64,000 bases of DNA from Podarcis cretensis (lineage: Eukaryota), in contig OX638164.1 in NCBI GenBank assembly GCA_951804945.1, forward strand, positions 5,704,001-5,768,000. Direction: 5' to 3'. This document shows positions 1 to 12,865 of the stretch, piece by piece. The notes under the pieces are model-generated. The model worked only from the letters and a program-made list of their open reading frames with translations. It ran no database searches and was not told where the DNA came from. A program made the translations under genes and the position numbers. Each line of letters begins with the position of its first letter. Position 1 is the stretch's first letter.

Positions 1-2388
1 AGGGGGAACCCTCCTTTTTGTTTCCCCATGGGCCGTGGACGCTGACGTTTCCACTTACAAACGCCTTTCAAGTAAACGAGAGGTAATGCAGGCTGGCTCG
101 CAAAAGGTTGTGTTAAGACACGGAAGTGCTTATCGCAATGACCTTACCACTTAATATGAGGAGTCTTGGGCAGCGACATGGGGCCAGGTTTCCGCTCCTT
201 GAAATCACCGTACATTCGGTTTCACAGAAAGTGTTTGGGGCGGGGAAATGATTGATTGAGACAACCGCTTTTGATTTCACCAGAGTGAAACACAGGGACT
301 TGCACTTATACTGAGTCGAACTATCAATCCACCTAGCTCAGTACTGTCTGCACTGACTGGCAGCAGCTCTCCAGCATTTCTGGAAGGGGGCTCTCTCCCT
401 GCCGTACCAGGAGGTGCTGGGATTTGACCCTGGGGTCTTCTGCAGGCTGTGTACCTTCTGTAGCTGGCCATGGAAGTGAGCTTTGCAACTACAAGTTATT
501 TGTCAGGTGAAGGTTTCCAACGGGGCTGAGCCAAAGCAACTTCCTCCATTTCGCGCCAGCTTTCCCGAGCACCAAAAAGTGCTTCCCTTTCCCGAATACA
601 TATTTGGATCACTCTGGTGCTGTTCTCCTTGACACCCCAACTTCCTTCCTGGCCACAGAGCCCTGTTAGCTCTGGGGACTCCATGCCAATGTCATTCCCA
701 TTGCCAAGTCTAAAGCAACAACGTCAATAGGATCTAAGATTAGGTGTGGTTAAAAGAAGCAGTGATGAACTCAACAGTTTCAGTAGCTCCTTCAACTGCA
801 GCAAATGCGCTCATACTGAAGGCAAACGCTGATATCAGAGGACATTTGGCGCAACACTAGTTCTGAGCAAAAACTGAAAATCGAAGAGTCTACATCAGGG
901 GATAACCAGTGTGGTGCCCTCCAGGTGTCATTGTACTACATCTCCCATCATCTCTGACTGTTGGCCATGCTGACTGGGCATGATGGGAATCGGAGTCCAA
1001 CAATATCCAATGCTGGCTATTGCTGTGCTGCATGCCTAGGTGAATGGTAATCTGAAGAATATAAGTTGTGAGCACTCAGAATGGTGTCAAAGCTTAAGTC
1101 ACCAGTGGGTCCCCAACATTTTCCCCAGGAGAACTGCCACATAGGTGGACGCAGGTGTGAGACGCCCTGAAACTCGTGGTCAGGAAGACTTCGCCCTTGG
1201 AGAGCCAGCTTTCCATTCCATCTCGTAACTGCAACGTGTTCCTGAAAATCTGGTACAATCTCGTCAAAGGGACACAAGTCAAAGGTGCCAATGTTCACTG
1301 ACTCACCAGTTCAGGTCACCACATATTTCCAAGTGTGAAATTAGAGCAACCGACTCTGGGTTGTATCCAGTGCGAGTCCTGCTTAGAGTAGCCCCAGTGA
1401 AAATAATGGACAAGACTGACTTGGGTCCATTAATTTCAGTGTGTCTACTCTTAACTCCTCTGCTTCTAAGTTTGTGTTGAGCAAATAAACCCTATAGTTT
1501 TGTAAGGATTCTAAGGTCTTTATATGCAGGAGAACTAAAATCTAGTCCAGAAAGTAAAAAGTCAGGCTTTCAATTAGCTCATGTTGACTGCTATGCCATC
1601 TTGACAACGATGATGCCTGGCTTAATTACTGTATCTAAACCAAGTCTAATTCTGGGAAGCAAAAGCAAAACTCACTAGAGGTAACATTTCATAGCAAGCT
1701 TAAAAAAAATGAGATCAAAAGGAAGAACCAAGACAATATGAATATTTAGCTTTCTCCTTGGACAACACAAGGCAATGCATATACATAGCTCTGTTGTTTA
1801 CCAGAAGTTACAAAATGTTGAAATGTGGATAAAGCACCATCAGTTTCTTATTGTAAAAGCACAGCTACTATTTAGACCAGAAGAGGCAGACGGTGGGATT
1901 GGTTCAAATAGGGATAGTCTTAAAGTAATGCCATAGAAATTCAGGGCAAAACTGAACATTGCCACCAGTATAGCATGTGTTTCTCCATACTTCTTCCACA
2001 ATACCGCAGGGCTTAAACTTCAAGCAGGTCTAGCCAATGTGCTGCCCTCCATATGCAAAATGTATGGAGATGTGTGCTCTCTTTTGTCCTTTTCTGGCAA
2101 TGTGCAAGCAGCCACCTTAGCTGGGATTAACGTCGACTGGCCATTCATAACCTAGACAGCCTAAGTCCCCTGGTTTGCTGAGAGATCAGAGGACAGGTGG
2201 CGCAAGGGAAAAAGAGCTCCCCTCCCTTACCTCTTCCTCAGTGCAAAGGTGGATATGGTTACCTGAAATATACCTTGCTCACCATGGCAGAATATTCTTC
2301 ACAACACATAGCTGTGAGAGAATGCCGGTTGTCAGATATGGGCCGCTCTCAGTTCACATTGGGCAAAATGAGGTTCAATACAAGAAGC

Positions 2389-2522
2389 TGGGATGGCTCA
2401 GTTGGGAGAGCATGAGACACTTAATCTCAGGCTTGAACCCCATGTTGGGCAAAAGATTCGTGCATTGCAGGGGGTCAGACTAGATGACCCTTGTGGTCCC
2501 TTCCAACTCTACAATTCTATTA
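2389..2522 (+). mobile_element. tRNA(Lys-like)-head SINE with CR1-type 3' tail
   Basis: gctcagttgggagagcatgagacacttaatctcagg ... ggtcccttccaactctacaattctat. Further copies near 5810-5875(-), 12478-12865(-) and 18866-18990(+). Confidence 0.8.
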
Positions 2523-4479
2523 TAATAGGCTTGACCAACACTCCCGTGTTAACTCACTGAACCATAGAACCGTAGTTCTTTAATCTGTGGCTTCCAGGTG
2601 TTGCTTGACTACAACTCCCATCATGCCCAGCCAGCTTAGCCAATGGATGATGGAAGTTATAAACCACCAGCATCTAAGGGTCCAAGTTGAAGAGCACCAC
2701 CCTGGACTACGCCCCACCCTTCAAATCATCATGTTTCATGGTAGACAAGTCAACGTGGAAAGAGATCCTTGTAGAAAGCTTGAACCCAACCGTGTTGTGG
2801 CATGTGGTGTCACATCTTAACACAACAAAAAGGCTCCCACCAAGATCAATTGCTCACTGCAATACCTCCCAGCAGAGATTTAATAGTGAAGATATGTCGT
2901 GTAAGCTTACCAGCAAACCCTACAGCAAAAGTCAGGGGGTGATGGGGGTTAGTTTTTTGTTTGTTTGTTTTAACAAAATCTATATTTATATCATTACATT
3001 TCCTACGGTCGAGGGCAGCTGTAATTAATGGATTTCTCTCCTTCCTTTAATGCACTCATTTGTCAATTCAAAAAACACACAGCGGCCAATCAATTTTGAT
3101 GTATTTAGTAAGCAATTTGTCAAAGAATGTTGCAGACCAGTTAATATATTAATTCTTGCCATCAGCCTCCTCCTAATTTCTGTAGGCCTTTTTCCATAAA
3201 TTTTATATATCTGACCAAGAAGAATGCCCGTAAACAGAAGGTGCCCTTTCCATATGACATGATTATGGGAAATGGAGTGGGGTGGGGGAAGAACCCAACG
3301 CATGATCTAAAGTTTGTTGCTCTTTTACTTGTATAATGGGGTTAGGGGAAGTAAGTTACTGTGTGCCTGGGTGCACTTCAAGGTGCCGGTATGGTCGGAA
3401 AAACCCATTAACTGTGGAAAAAAGAATCTGTGGCCCTCCAGAAAATGTTGGACTCCCTTCAGTCCCAGTTAGCATGGCCAGTGGTCAAGGGTGATGGGAG
3501 TTGGAGTCCAACAACATCTGATACAGGGTTGAAGAACACTGTTGTTGGACTCCAACTCCCGTCAGCACAGGCAATGGTCAAGGATGATGAGAGCTGGAGT
3601 CCAACATTATCAGGAGGACCACAGGTTCCACATTCACATCCTTCACCCACTATACCAGGGGTGGTCAACATGGCTGGACTCCAAATCCCATCAGCCCAAG
3701 ATGTTGATGAACTCCAACTCCCATCAGCCCAAGTCCAACGGTCAAGGATGATGAGACTTGCAGTCTAACAGTGTCGGAAGCATACCATGTTCACTATCCC
3801 TGCACTATACTGCACTGGGTAAAAGGTTGTTGCTTTAGATCAGGGATAGAGCACATACTTGGTATACAAAAGGATCCAGGTCCTTGGTATACAAAAGGAT
3901 CCTGGAAAGCTGCTGCCGGTCAGTGCACACAATACTGAGTTAGATGGAGAAAAGGTCTGACAAAGTATAAGGCAACTTCCGGTGTTCCTAGAATAGCCTT
4001 GAGCAGAAGTAAGTGTGTGTGTGTGTTAAAAAAAACTACTCTTTATTATCCCCAGGTGGGTTACAATATGAGAATTCTGGCTTCAAGTTTCTGCAGCAGA
4101 TGTCACCAATCATTCCCCCACCCCGAAATCACACAGGTCTGTGAGCCTGATTACAAGCCCACTTCACCCCACCCTCCAGAACCACTTTTGGACACTTGCT
4201 CCATCCAGACAACACTGTCCTTGTTCCAGCTGTTCGATGCTGCTGTTGCAATTTATTTATTTTTAAATCTAAATAAATAAATAAAACCACTCACTAGTAT
4301 CAGTGTAAAGGTCACACGTAGCTAAATTCAAGCAGCGTGTGTGCAGGTTAAAATAAAATGCACAAATACAATCTCCCTCTCGAGGAGTTGAGACCTTCCC
4401 CTGGCTACCCATGAATTGTCCAGAAAAGATTAAAGCGATGGGAGAGGAGGCTTTGGCATCAAGCTGTATATTTATAAAC

Positions 4480-5080
4480 CTTTCGCCTCCCCCGCCGCCC
4501 CAAAAGTATACCCTGTGCGACCAGACTATCAGACGGTTCATTGTTGCGTCTGTCGGCTGATCGAGGGGTACCTTCTGTTAGCAAAGCACACAGAGTATTT
4601 CTTCAATGACCTCGGGGGGCAAAGGTCACTTATTATAAATGGATAATGAGACCTAATGCAGTGTTCCGAGCTCCGGACAAAGAAAGGGCTTATCCGTAGC
4701 CCCTTGCGGCTCGGACCATTCAAGCTTTTATTCCTCTCCTCCCCCCAACACACCCGCCTCCCTGCTCCACCGCCGCACACTTAATGGAGCCAAACAATTG
4801 GCAGAAATGCTATACAGAGGGTCTGAAACCAAGAGAAAACGGCCTGCATTCTGAGCTCTGATAGACAGATACAAATCGCGACCCTGAAATGGCGCCAGAA
4901 TCCCTTTTACCGCTCACATGGCAGACAGCCGCGGCCATTCACCCCCCAACTTCCCATTTAGCCATTTGCTGGCAATTAAACATACTGACGGAAGTGATAG
5001 CGCATCAAACCGCAGGCCGCCACGGCTAATGTGAGACCATTACATTTGCTCCTGCAGGTAAGCAGAGCATTTGTGTCTTA
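4480..5080. promoter_or_regulatory. Candidate conserved intronic enhancer
   Basis: Repeat-free and CpG-retaining. SOX CATTGTT 4539 and AAACAAT 4792, NKX CACTTAA 4778, ETS CGGAAGT 4989, several TAAT cores. Conservation not tested. Confidence 0.5.
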
Positions 5081-5575
5081 ACAGATATTTCCCTAAGGGG
5101 GGAAGAGTAGAAGCAAGCTCAGGTAGGGTTCCTGCTCTTGGCTTCTGCCATCTTCTTGTATTTAATGGGATCTAATAGCCCAGGAAGTTCATAATGTGGC
5201 ATAACTGATTCCTATGGCCATATATCAAGGGTGTGTTTTCCACGTGGGGTTTTCATTGCTTCTTTTCAAGAGCAAAACTGAAGGATTACTACGGTTTTAT
5301 TTATTTTTTTACATTCAGGGCTATTTTGGAACAACAGTGTTCTAAAATCGAAGCGCAGACTTCTGTGCCAAGCACCACCCGACACGGTGTCTGAGGCGAT
5401 TGCATTGCAGAACTAAGATGAGACAAGGTGATTCAGAATCGTGTAAGGGTAGAGTTTGAAGGGATCTCAAGGGTCATCCAGTTCAACCCCCAGCAATGCA
5501 AGGATCTCAACTAAAGCATCCAGATGGCCATTTAATCTCTGCACAAAAACCTCCAATGGAGAGGAGAGTCCACAA

Positions 5576-5713
5576 CAGGCATAGGCAAACTTGGCCCTCC
5601 AGTTGTTTTGGGACTACAACTCCCATCATCCCTAGCTAACAGGACCAGTGGTCAGGGATGATGGGAGTTGTAGTCCTAAAAAACATATGGAGGGCCGAGT
5701 TTGCCTATGCCTG
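5576..5713. mobile_element. hAT MITE nested in a CR1 3' fragment (~5436-5790)
   Basis: TIRs caggcataggcaaact / agtttgcctatgcctg. TSD gtccacaa / gcccacaa. Confidence 0.88.
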
Positions 5714-8700
5714 GCCCACAACCTCCCAACTCCATCCCACTGTCAAACAGCTCTTACTGTCAAATAGTTCTTCCTGATGTTTAGCTGTAATTTTGAGCGG
5801 AGCTCCATAATATGCATTGGAACCCCTACAAGCCGGAGATCAAGAGCCTCATGCTCTACTGACTGAGCTATCCCTGTTTGAAGGATTACCGAGACAGCCT
5901 GTGTGCATTGCTTTGCACATTCGAAAAGAACGACTACGAATGCTGAATATTATTACTATTAAACAACTTTGGCCCTGATGGCGTTTCCTTGGAAGACTGA
6001 AAAGAAAGCTGGTTAGGAACTAAGGAATTATTTTGGTTCGTAAGATGGAAAGCATTAGGCAAAATAAGCACAGCCACAGGCAGCAATTTAGCAAAGCCTT
6101 GTTTCGGCACATCGATCCCACTATGAGATGGTGGGGTTTGGCCACTTTTCGTTGGGAGGCTCCCATCCCTCATGAAAGGCGCCATTCATGGAGGTCCGTT
6201 GTGGGAACATACATTCTTTTGACCAATGACTACTGTGTGGTGGGGCAGCGGCAGGGAAGGGGAAGGAAAATAAACGATGGAGGAAGGAGTTGAAAATGGC
6301 ACACATGAAGCCAGTGCGGGTGTGCGGGTGTTGCCTCTTTGCTCAAATGCAGCCACTGCTGGGCATCCAGGCAGGGTCTTGACAAAACAGGGGTGTCAAT
6401 CAAGACGACAAGAAAGTTCTGACTCGAAATTGCAAGCTGGTCCTTTGAAACTGGTGGTGGATGTTTTATGCCAACCCCAACAGCTGACTCTAAAAGTCTT
6501 AGGTGCCAGAACTCACCATGAAATTGTTACAGTAAGTTGCCAGGCAACTCAGGGCAGCCCTGCACAGATTCCGGTTTGACAATAGCTGCGTTCACCACCT
6601 GTGGAGGTGCTAAAGGCTATGGCAAGTTCTCTCCCAAGCTGGTTTGGGGGCCACCCCTGGTTCTGGTGCAGGTCAAATAAATGCGGCCCCATCTCCCTTG
6701 TTCTCTTAGATTCAGGCAGACGGCCAGGGCAGCTTGGAAGCTTGGGCAATTGCATGTGTGTGCAATGGTAGAGGCCTTGCTGGAAAGCTTAAAGCCTGCT
6801 GCCGCTACATGGGAGACGGATTGAAAAAAAGGAAATACAATTTGGGCCCCATAGCTTGACCAATTGGGGCTAGGACTGGCTAGGAGCTAGGTGGAGCCGT
6901 ATATCTAAAAAAAAAAAATGTAGTCTTGCACACACTGGCCAGCTTCTGTTTTGACTTGAAATATTTGTTTTGGGCTTCTCAGAAATATGTAAAGGCAAGA
7001 GACCGGGGGGGGGGGGGGCGGGGCGGTGGCCCACAATGGCGCCCACCTGAGAGGTGCCAGAACTGTGCTCCACTGCCCTCTGAGTAAAAAAAGCATTGCT
7101 TCTACAAGAGGCAGCACAGAGACTAAGAAGCAGGAGAAAGCTACTCAGAGTAGACTCACTGAAATTAATGAACCTAACTTAGTCTGAGTAGGACTATATA
7201 TTGCATCTATGCATATTTTATGCAAAACTTCACTGCTCTTTTCCCACCTTAAAGGGTGAGAGGATGTTTACAATTCCTAGGAACATGGCCAAGCTGCATC
7301 CTTCTGGCCTTTGGTCTTTTCTTCTCCTACACAGAAACATTTCGGCTTCTTTATGATGATTGTTTTCCTTCTCCCTTTAAGAGCAAGATTAATTTACAAG
7401 CCTAGCCCTCCTCCCCATAGCAACCTGCGCCAGATAGGGCCAAGACGTCTACCCGATACCATAGAATATTACGACGGGAGGCTTGCCATCAACCAAGCCG
7501 ATTGGATTAAGCGCTTCCACTTTGCTGCCTGGGATGTAGAGATATTAAATTAGAGTCTCCACTTTTTCAGTTTTCACGCACAAATTAGCGTCTGAGAGAG
7601 CAAGATGAAATTTGCACATCTCAAGCCAAGAGTTCCCAAGAGAGTGAAAGAACACACAACAACATGAAAACTCAGTCATCTGAAGGGCTGGATGGGGTTT
7701 TAAAAGGGGACTTCATTGGCAAAATGGTTAATGTTGACAGTAAACAGAAAGGCACTATTAAAAGTGTGCAAAAATAGGCTGTGGCTTTGCCGTAAACTGC
7801 TGCTAAAATGTCTACGCAATCAGCTTGCAAGGTCTCAGCAGTCTGAGTTCTAGTTCCTAGAGGGAGCATGTCTTCCCATATGACCACCAAGGCCCTTGGA
7901 AGGTTAAGATCAGCAACAAGCAAAATACAGTAACATAACTCAGTGCATCCATTCGCATTCCATACTGTCTCAAGCAAATTGTAGCCTTTTCTAAACCTCC
8001 TTGAGATCTAGAAGCTGTGGAACTAGCTAACTCAATGTGGAGGCTCCCTTTTCTTACCGGAATTGATCCAAGTCTTCAGTTACTTCTCCGTGGTTTTTTC
8101 TGTGTTCTTTTTGTGGGGGGACGGGGACTACAGACTACTGAGCCTCTTTATCTTAAAAAAACAAAAACTGCTCAAAATGTTGTTGCTATTGTTATAGAAT
8201 TGGAAGTCAGAAATTCTTGCTGATCCACCAGAGATCTACCAGTGGATAGGTATGTAAGAAGATCCCTGCAGCTGTATCACTCCAAGCACCGAGGAAGTCC
8301 TGTCTATATATAAAATCATATGTCAAAGGGCAGGGTAAAGAGGCATATTTTCAGCATATGGCGGAAAATGCAGACTGATGGTGCTAGGTCCACCTTTGTG
8401 GGGAGGGAATTCAACCAGTTAGGGGCTGGCTCAGAGAAAGCCCCTTCCTAGTTCCCATTCCTTGCCCTTCTGACGGCGCCCTCTGCTGATCTCGGCACCC
8501 GAGAGGTGACCCGAGCTATATAAACACAGGATCCCCTGATCCCAGGCTTACAATCTGAACAGACACGACACAAAAGGAAGATGGATAGGGAGGAAGGAGG
8601 AAATAAGCAAACTCAGGTACAAACTCCTAGTCGTAGGTTTTTCTAGTGATCTGCTAGGGTGCAAAAAGAGTTCGGGGAGAGGCAGAGCCAAAAGTTGCAC

Positions 8701-9110
8701 CAACGAAATGGCCCTGCTCTCCTCTCCTCTGCTGCTGCTGCCAGGTAGCAATTGGTGCAGGGTGGGACAAGCACTATTTCACACACAATCATTGTAAATG
8801 GGGTCTAACCCTCTCCCCCTGAAATAATACAGAATAATAAACCCCTTTAATGTAGGATGAGTGGGGAATTCCAAGCTTTGGAGATGAAGGTGACCCATCA
8901 GACCTCTGTGTCTGGCCCTCAGGAATTTCCCCTACCACCCCTCAAAAACCCTGCTAAAGACACTCCTCGCATGCTTTTGCCTAGCCAGAAGGTGTCCTTA
9001 AACTGTGACTGCTGCCTCTTGCTTGCCTGGATGAGGGATGGAGAGGTGTGTTGTGGTGTAGAAGCCTCTTACTATTGCGTTGCTGGAATGCACCCTACTG
9101 TATAGAGATA

Positions 9111-9801
9111 GAGCGCAAAATATGGTCTGAAGCTCAACATCAAAAAAACGAAGATCATGGCCACTGGGCCCATCACCTCCTGGCAAATAGAAGGGGAAGA
9201 AATGGAGGCAGTGAGAGATTTTACTTTCTTGGGCTCCATGATCACTGCAGATGGTGACACCAGTCACAAAATTAAAAGACGCCTGCTTCTTGGGAGGAAA
9301 GCAATGACAAACCTAGACAGCATTTTAAAAAGCAGAGACATCACCTTGCCAACAAAGGTCTGTATAGTTAAAGCTTTGGTTTCCCCAGTAGTGATGTATA
9401 GAAGTGAGAGCTGGACCATAAAGAAGGCTGATGCTTTTGAATTATGGTGTTGGAGGAAACTCTTGAGAGTCCCATGGACTGCAAGAAGATCAAACCTCTC
9501 CATTCTTAAGGAAATCAGCCCTGAGTGCTCGCTGGAAGGACAGATCGTGAAGCTGAGGCTCCAATACTTTGGCCTCCTCATGAGAAGAGAAGACTCCCTG
9601 GAAAAGACCCTGATGTTGGGAAAGATGGAGGGCACAAGGAGAAGGGGACGACAGAGGACGAGATGGTTGGACAGTGTTCTCAAAGCTACCAGCATGAGTT
9701 TGACCAAACTGTGGGAGGCAGTGGAAGACAGGAGTGCTTGGCGTGCTCTGGTCCAGGGGGTCACGAAGAGTCGGACACGACTAAACAACTAAACAACAAC
9801 A
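9111..9801 (+). mobile_element. RTE-BovB LINE, 5'-truncated 3' end
   Basis: ORF 9157..9792 (FELWCWR...LEKTLMLGKMEG.RRRGRQR.RWLD) and (CAA)n tail. Probable TSD tatagagata 9101-9110 / tataaagata 9802-9811. Confidence 0.95.
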
Positions 9802-10167
9802 TATAAAGATAAGTAGCACATCTGTTGCACCACCCACTTCTCTCTCTGGCCCCTTCCTCCCTGGGCACCCCAACACCTAGAATGTCACCCATAAGGAAAT
9901 GCAGGTCCTGGGGTGAGAAAGGTTTCCCCATTTCTGTTGTCTAAGACTACGTGCGAGTATGAAGTGACACCAGTGAGGGAATAAGCATGCATATAATTTG
10001 AATCCTTTGTGTGGGTGCAGAACACCCTGAAAGTGCCGCAAGGGTTATTGACGCCAGAGAGAGGAGCTGTTGCAACTACAAAGGTTTCAGTTCCCAAGGA
10101 TTTGTTTCTGCTTTCCCAAACAAAGAGCCACACGGTCAGCTTCCAGAGGGGAGAGTTTTCCAAGTTA

Positions 10168-10350
<183 letters not shown>

Positions 10351-10946
10351 TTATGCAAGAGAGTGCAGTGTTTATAATTATTTAAAGTCGTTTCGTACAA
10401 GCACGGAATATTCCACACACACACACACAGATGGGAAAGGGGTGAGGAGTGGCCCAACCTGAAGGGAAGTTGTGAAAACACGCATGTTTCATACATTACT
10501 CTTTCTGACACAGAGATCAATTTAGGAACAGGGGGAGCTGACTTCCACCAGGTCAGATTATTTGTCTATCGAACGTCAGTATGAAACTGGCTTGGGGGCT
10601 CACAGCAAACAGGCAGCAGGTGATGGGAAAGAACTCTTGCCACCCGAAACCCAAGGGGACTACTGAGCTATGGAACTAGGGATAGCTGAACCTGTCCATT
10701 TCAATTTTTCTGTTTCTCATTCCGCCCCCCCCCTTAACTGCATTTGTCCGCACTTTCACATTAGTTCTGTGAATTTCTTTTTAAAAGAAACAAGTCCTCA
10801 TGATCTGAGTGTAGATTTCTCCTACTACACACATCTTTATATGCAATTTTGCATAATATACAAATTTGCAATTTTCCTTGTGTAATTTGTTTTTGTATGC
10901 TATTTTCAGTAATGTATGTGTTTATATACAAACTTTGCCTTGAGTA

Positions 10947-11103
10947 CACTGGTTCTCAGGCAGTGGGTCAGGACCCAGCAGTGGGCTGCAGCCTGATCCA
11001 AGGTGGGTCGCAACAGGAGCACGTATGGTGAAAGATTCAGAAAGGGGTCCTAAATGTATGTTTGGGTTGAAAGTCCCAGGTCTGAAAAGTTTGAAGACAC
11101 CTG
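10947..11103. mobile_element. Older hAT MITE nested in an AT-rich repeat
   Basis: Ends cactggttctca / tgaagacacctg. Degenerate TSD cttgagta / ctctagta. Confidence 0.6.
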
Positions 11104-12477
11104 CTCTAGTATATGCATTTTTGGTACACATTATTTGGCTGGAGAACAGCACAGCAAAATATGGAGAAGTGTGGATTTCTAAGTATGGCAAGCGTTTCAG
11201 TTTGCATATTGTTTCGAAAAGTGGAGAGATGCTGTTAGTCTGAGGAGACCCCTGTCTAGATGAACCAGTGGTCTAGTTAAGGGTGGGGAAGAACTCCAAT
11301 TCGGTCCATGTTTACAGAAAAACCCATCAATTTTGCACTTTCTGAAACAATATGCAAACACAGCCATCCTTCAAAATTGACACTACTCTGAATTTTGTAG
11401 TTCAGTTATTCACTCTCATACTCACATACTCTAGGGCTAAGTGTGCATAAAGATGCATATATCTGTGAAAAGAACATGCAAAAAATGCATTATGTTATGG
11501 AATCTTGTTTTGCAAAAATGGATACAATGGGCAAAATTGCATAGAGAAATGTGGACATTAGAAGAAACTCAAACTAAAATGCTGATGAATTAAGACTTTT
11601 TAAACGAAATTCTTGCTTGGATAAATGTGTGACATGAAGTCACTGAATTAACATATTTTTCTACTTTCCCCTTCACTGGCCGCCACAGAAACCCAGCAAG
11701 GGTTTTTTAAAAGCATGTTTCTGGGGGATGTGGGTTTGCCACTTTTGTGCAACTTCTCATAACTCATTGCTTAGGCCTGACCTGATCCTAACCCAGGGCA
11801 TTGATGTATCATATGACACTGCAAGAACTAAGGATCTGTGAAAAAGAAGTTGTGCAAAGTTACAGAATATTGATCCAGCTAGAATTCACAATGCCATTAC
11901 AAGTTGCTTGTTTTGACAATAATGGCCCTGGGAAAGAAAGAAAGAAAGACAGTGTTGTCATTTTAATCAGGGCTGGCCTCTCTTCAATTGCTTGGCAAAT
12001 CATGTATTGATTAGTCTAAGCCAGGAATAAGCCAGCACTGAAGAAGATTGGAGCCTACCAAACAGGAAAAAAAGAAAAGAAAATCAATTGAAAAATATTT
12101 TAAAATGTCAAAAGCACTGACAATATTTTCTCAGCAATCCTCCTTTGGTTTTATTCAGTAAGTCATGGCTAATTTCTTTAAATAGCCTTCAGAACACACC
12201 CACTTGGAAGACCTGCATAAGACAATTGGTCTAGTCGCTCGCTGCAGGCTGCGGAGGGCTGAGTTGGCAGCCCCTGGGCTTGATCAGGCCCACGGGACCT
12301 TTCTGTGGGGCCAATCTGTCTGCCTCCTTCCACTCTATTTTCCCAGTTAGGCTGGAACAGGGCAGAAAATGTCATCGCTTTGCACAGATTTCAGGTGAGC
12401 TTGATGCAGAACAATTGACTATCATTATTATAGTTAAGCTCAGAGTACACACCAACGTGAGTAGACTCCAGATCCCC

Positions 12478-12865
12478 ATATAGAATCAAAGAATTGCAGA
12501 GTTGAAACGGACCACGAGGATCATCTAGTCCCGTGGTTCCCAACGTGGGGCACACACCCCACAGGGGGGGCAATTTGATTTTTTTGGGGGGGGGGGCAAT
12601 TTGAGAATGAGTTAGACCAAGTTAATGGCCTTTTAGGCTTCCTCCACATGAATAGTTCACTTTTTGGATAATAAGACTTATATGTCACCGGGGGGTGTGT
12701 GTGTCAGGATTTTAGAGATGCTTAGGTGGGGCATGGCCAAAAAAAAGGTTGGGAACCACTGATCTAGTTCAACCCTCTGCAATGCAGGAATCTTTTGTCC
12801 AACTTGGGGCTCGAACCCACAACCTTGTGTTTAAGAGTCTCATGCTCTACCAACTGAGCTATTCC
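12478..12865 (-). mobile_element. tRNA(Lys-like)/CR1-tail SINE interrupted by a hAT MITE
   Basis: SINE halves tagaatcaaagaattgcagagttg...catctagt and caaccctctgcaatgcagg...ctaccaactgagcta flank the insert at 12531-12761. Confidence 0.8.
12531..12761. mobile_element. hAT (Charlie-like) MITE
   Basis: TIRs c(c)gtggttcccaac / gttgggaaccactg. 8-bp TSD atctagtc / atctagtt. Confidence 0.85.

Noticed and set aside
496-684. Possible next BCAS3 exon (…SDHSGQEDEEWLSQ)
   Set aside because: The CGQEG similarity is superficial and the rest does not match. I found no such exon in 1-10172.
2389-2460. tRNA-Lys gene, and other tRNA-like heads
   Set aside because: Degenerate cloverleaf fused to a CR1-type tail and present in multiple copies, so a SINE head.
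3430-3800. CRISPR-like repeat-spacer array
   Set aside because: Vertebrate DNA with no cas genes. The repeats are degenerate hAT-MITE pieces with non-unique spacers.
9264-9788. 174-aa antisense ORF
   Set aside because: It is the antisense shadow of the BovB ORF.
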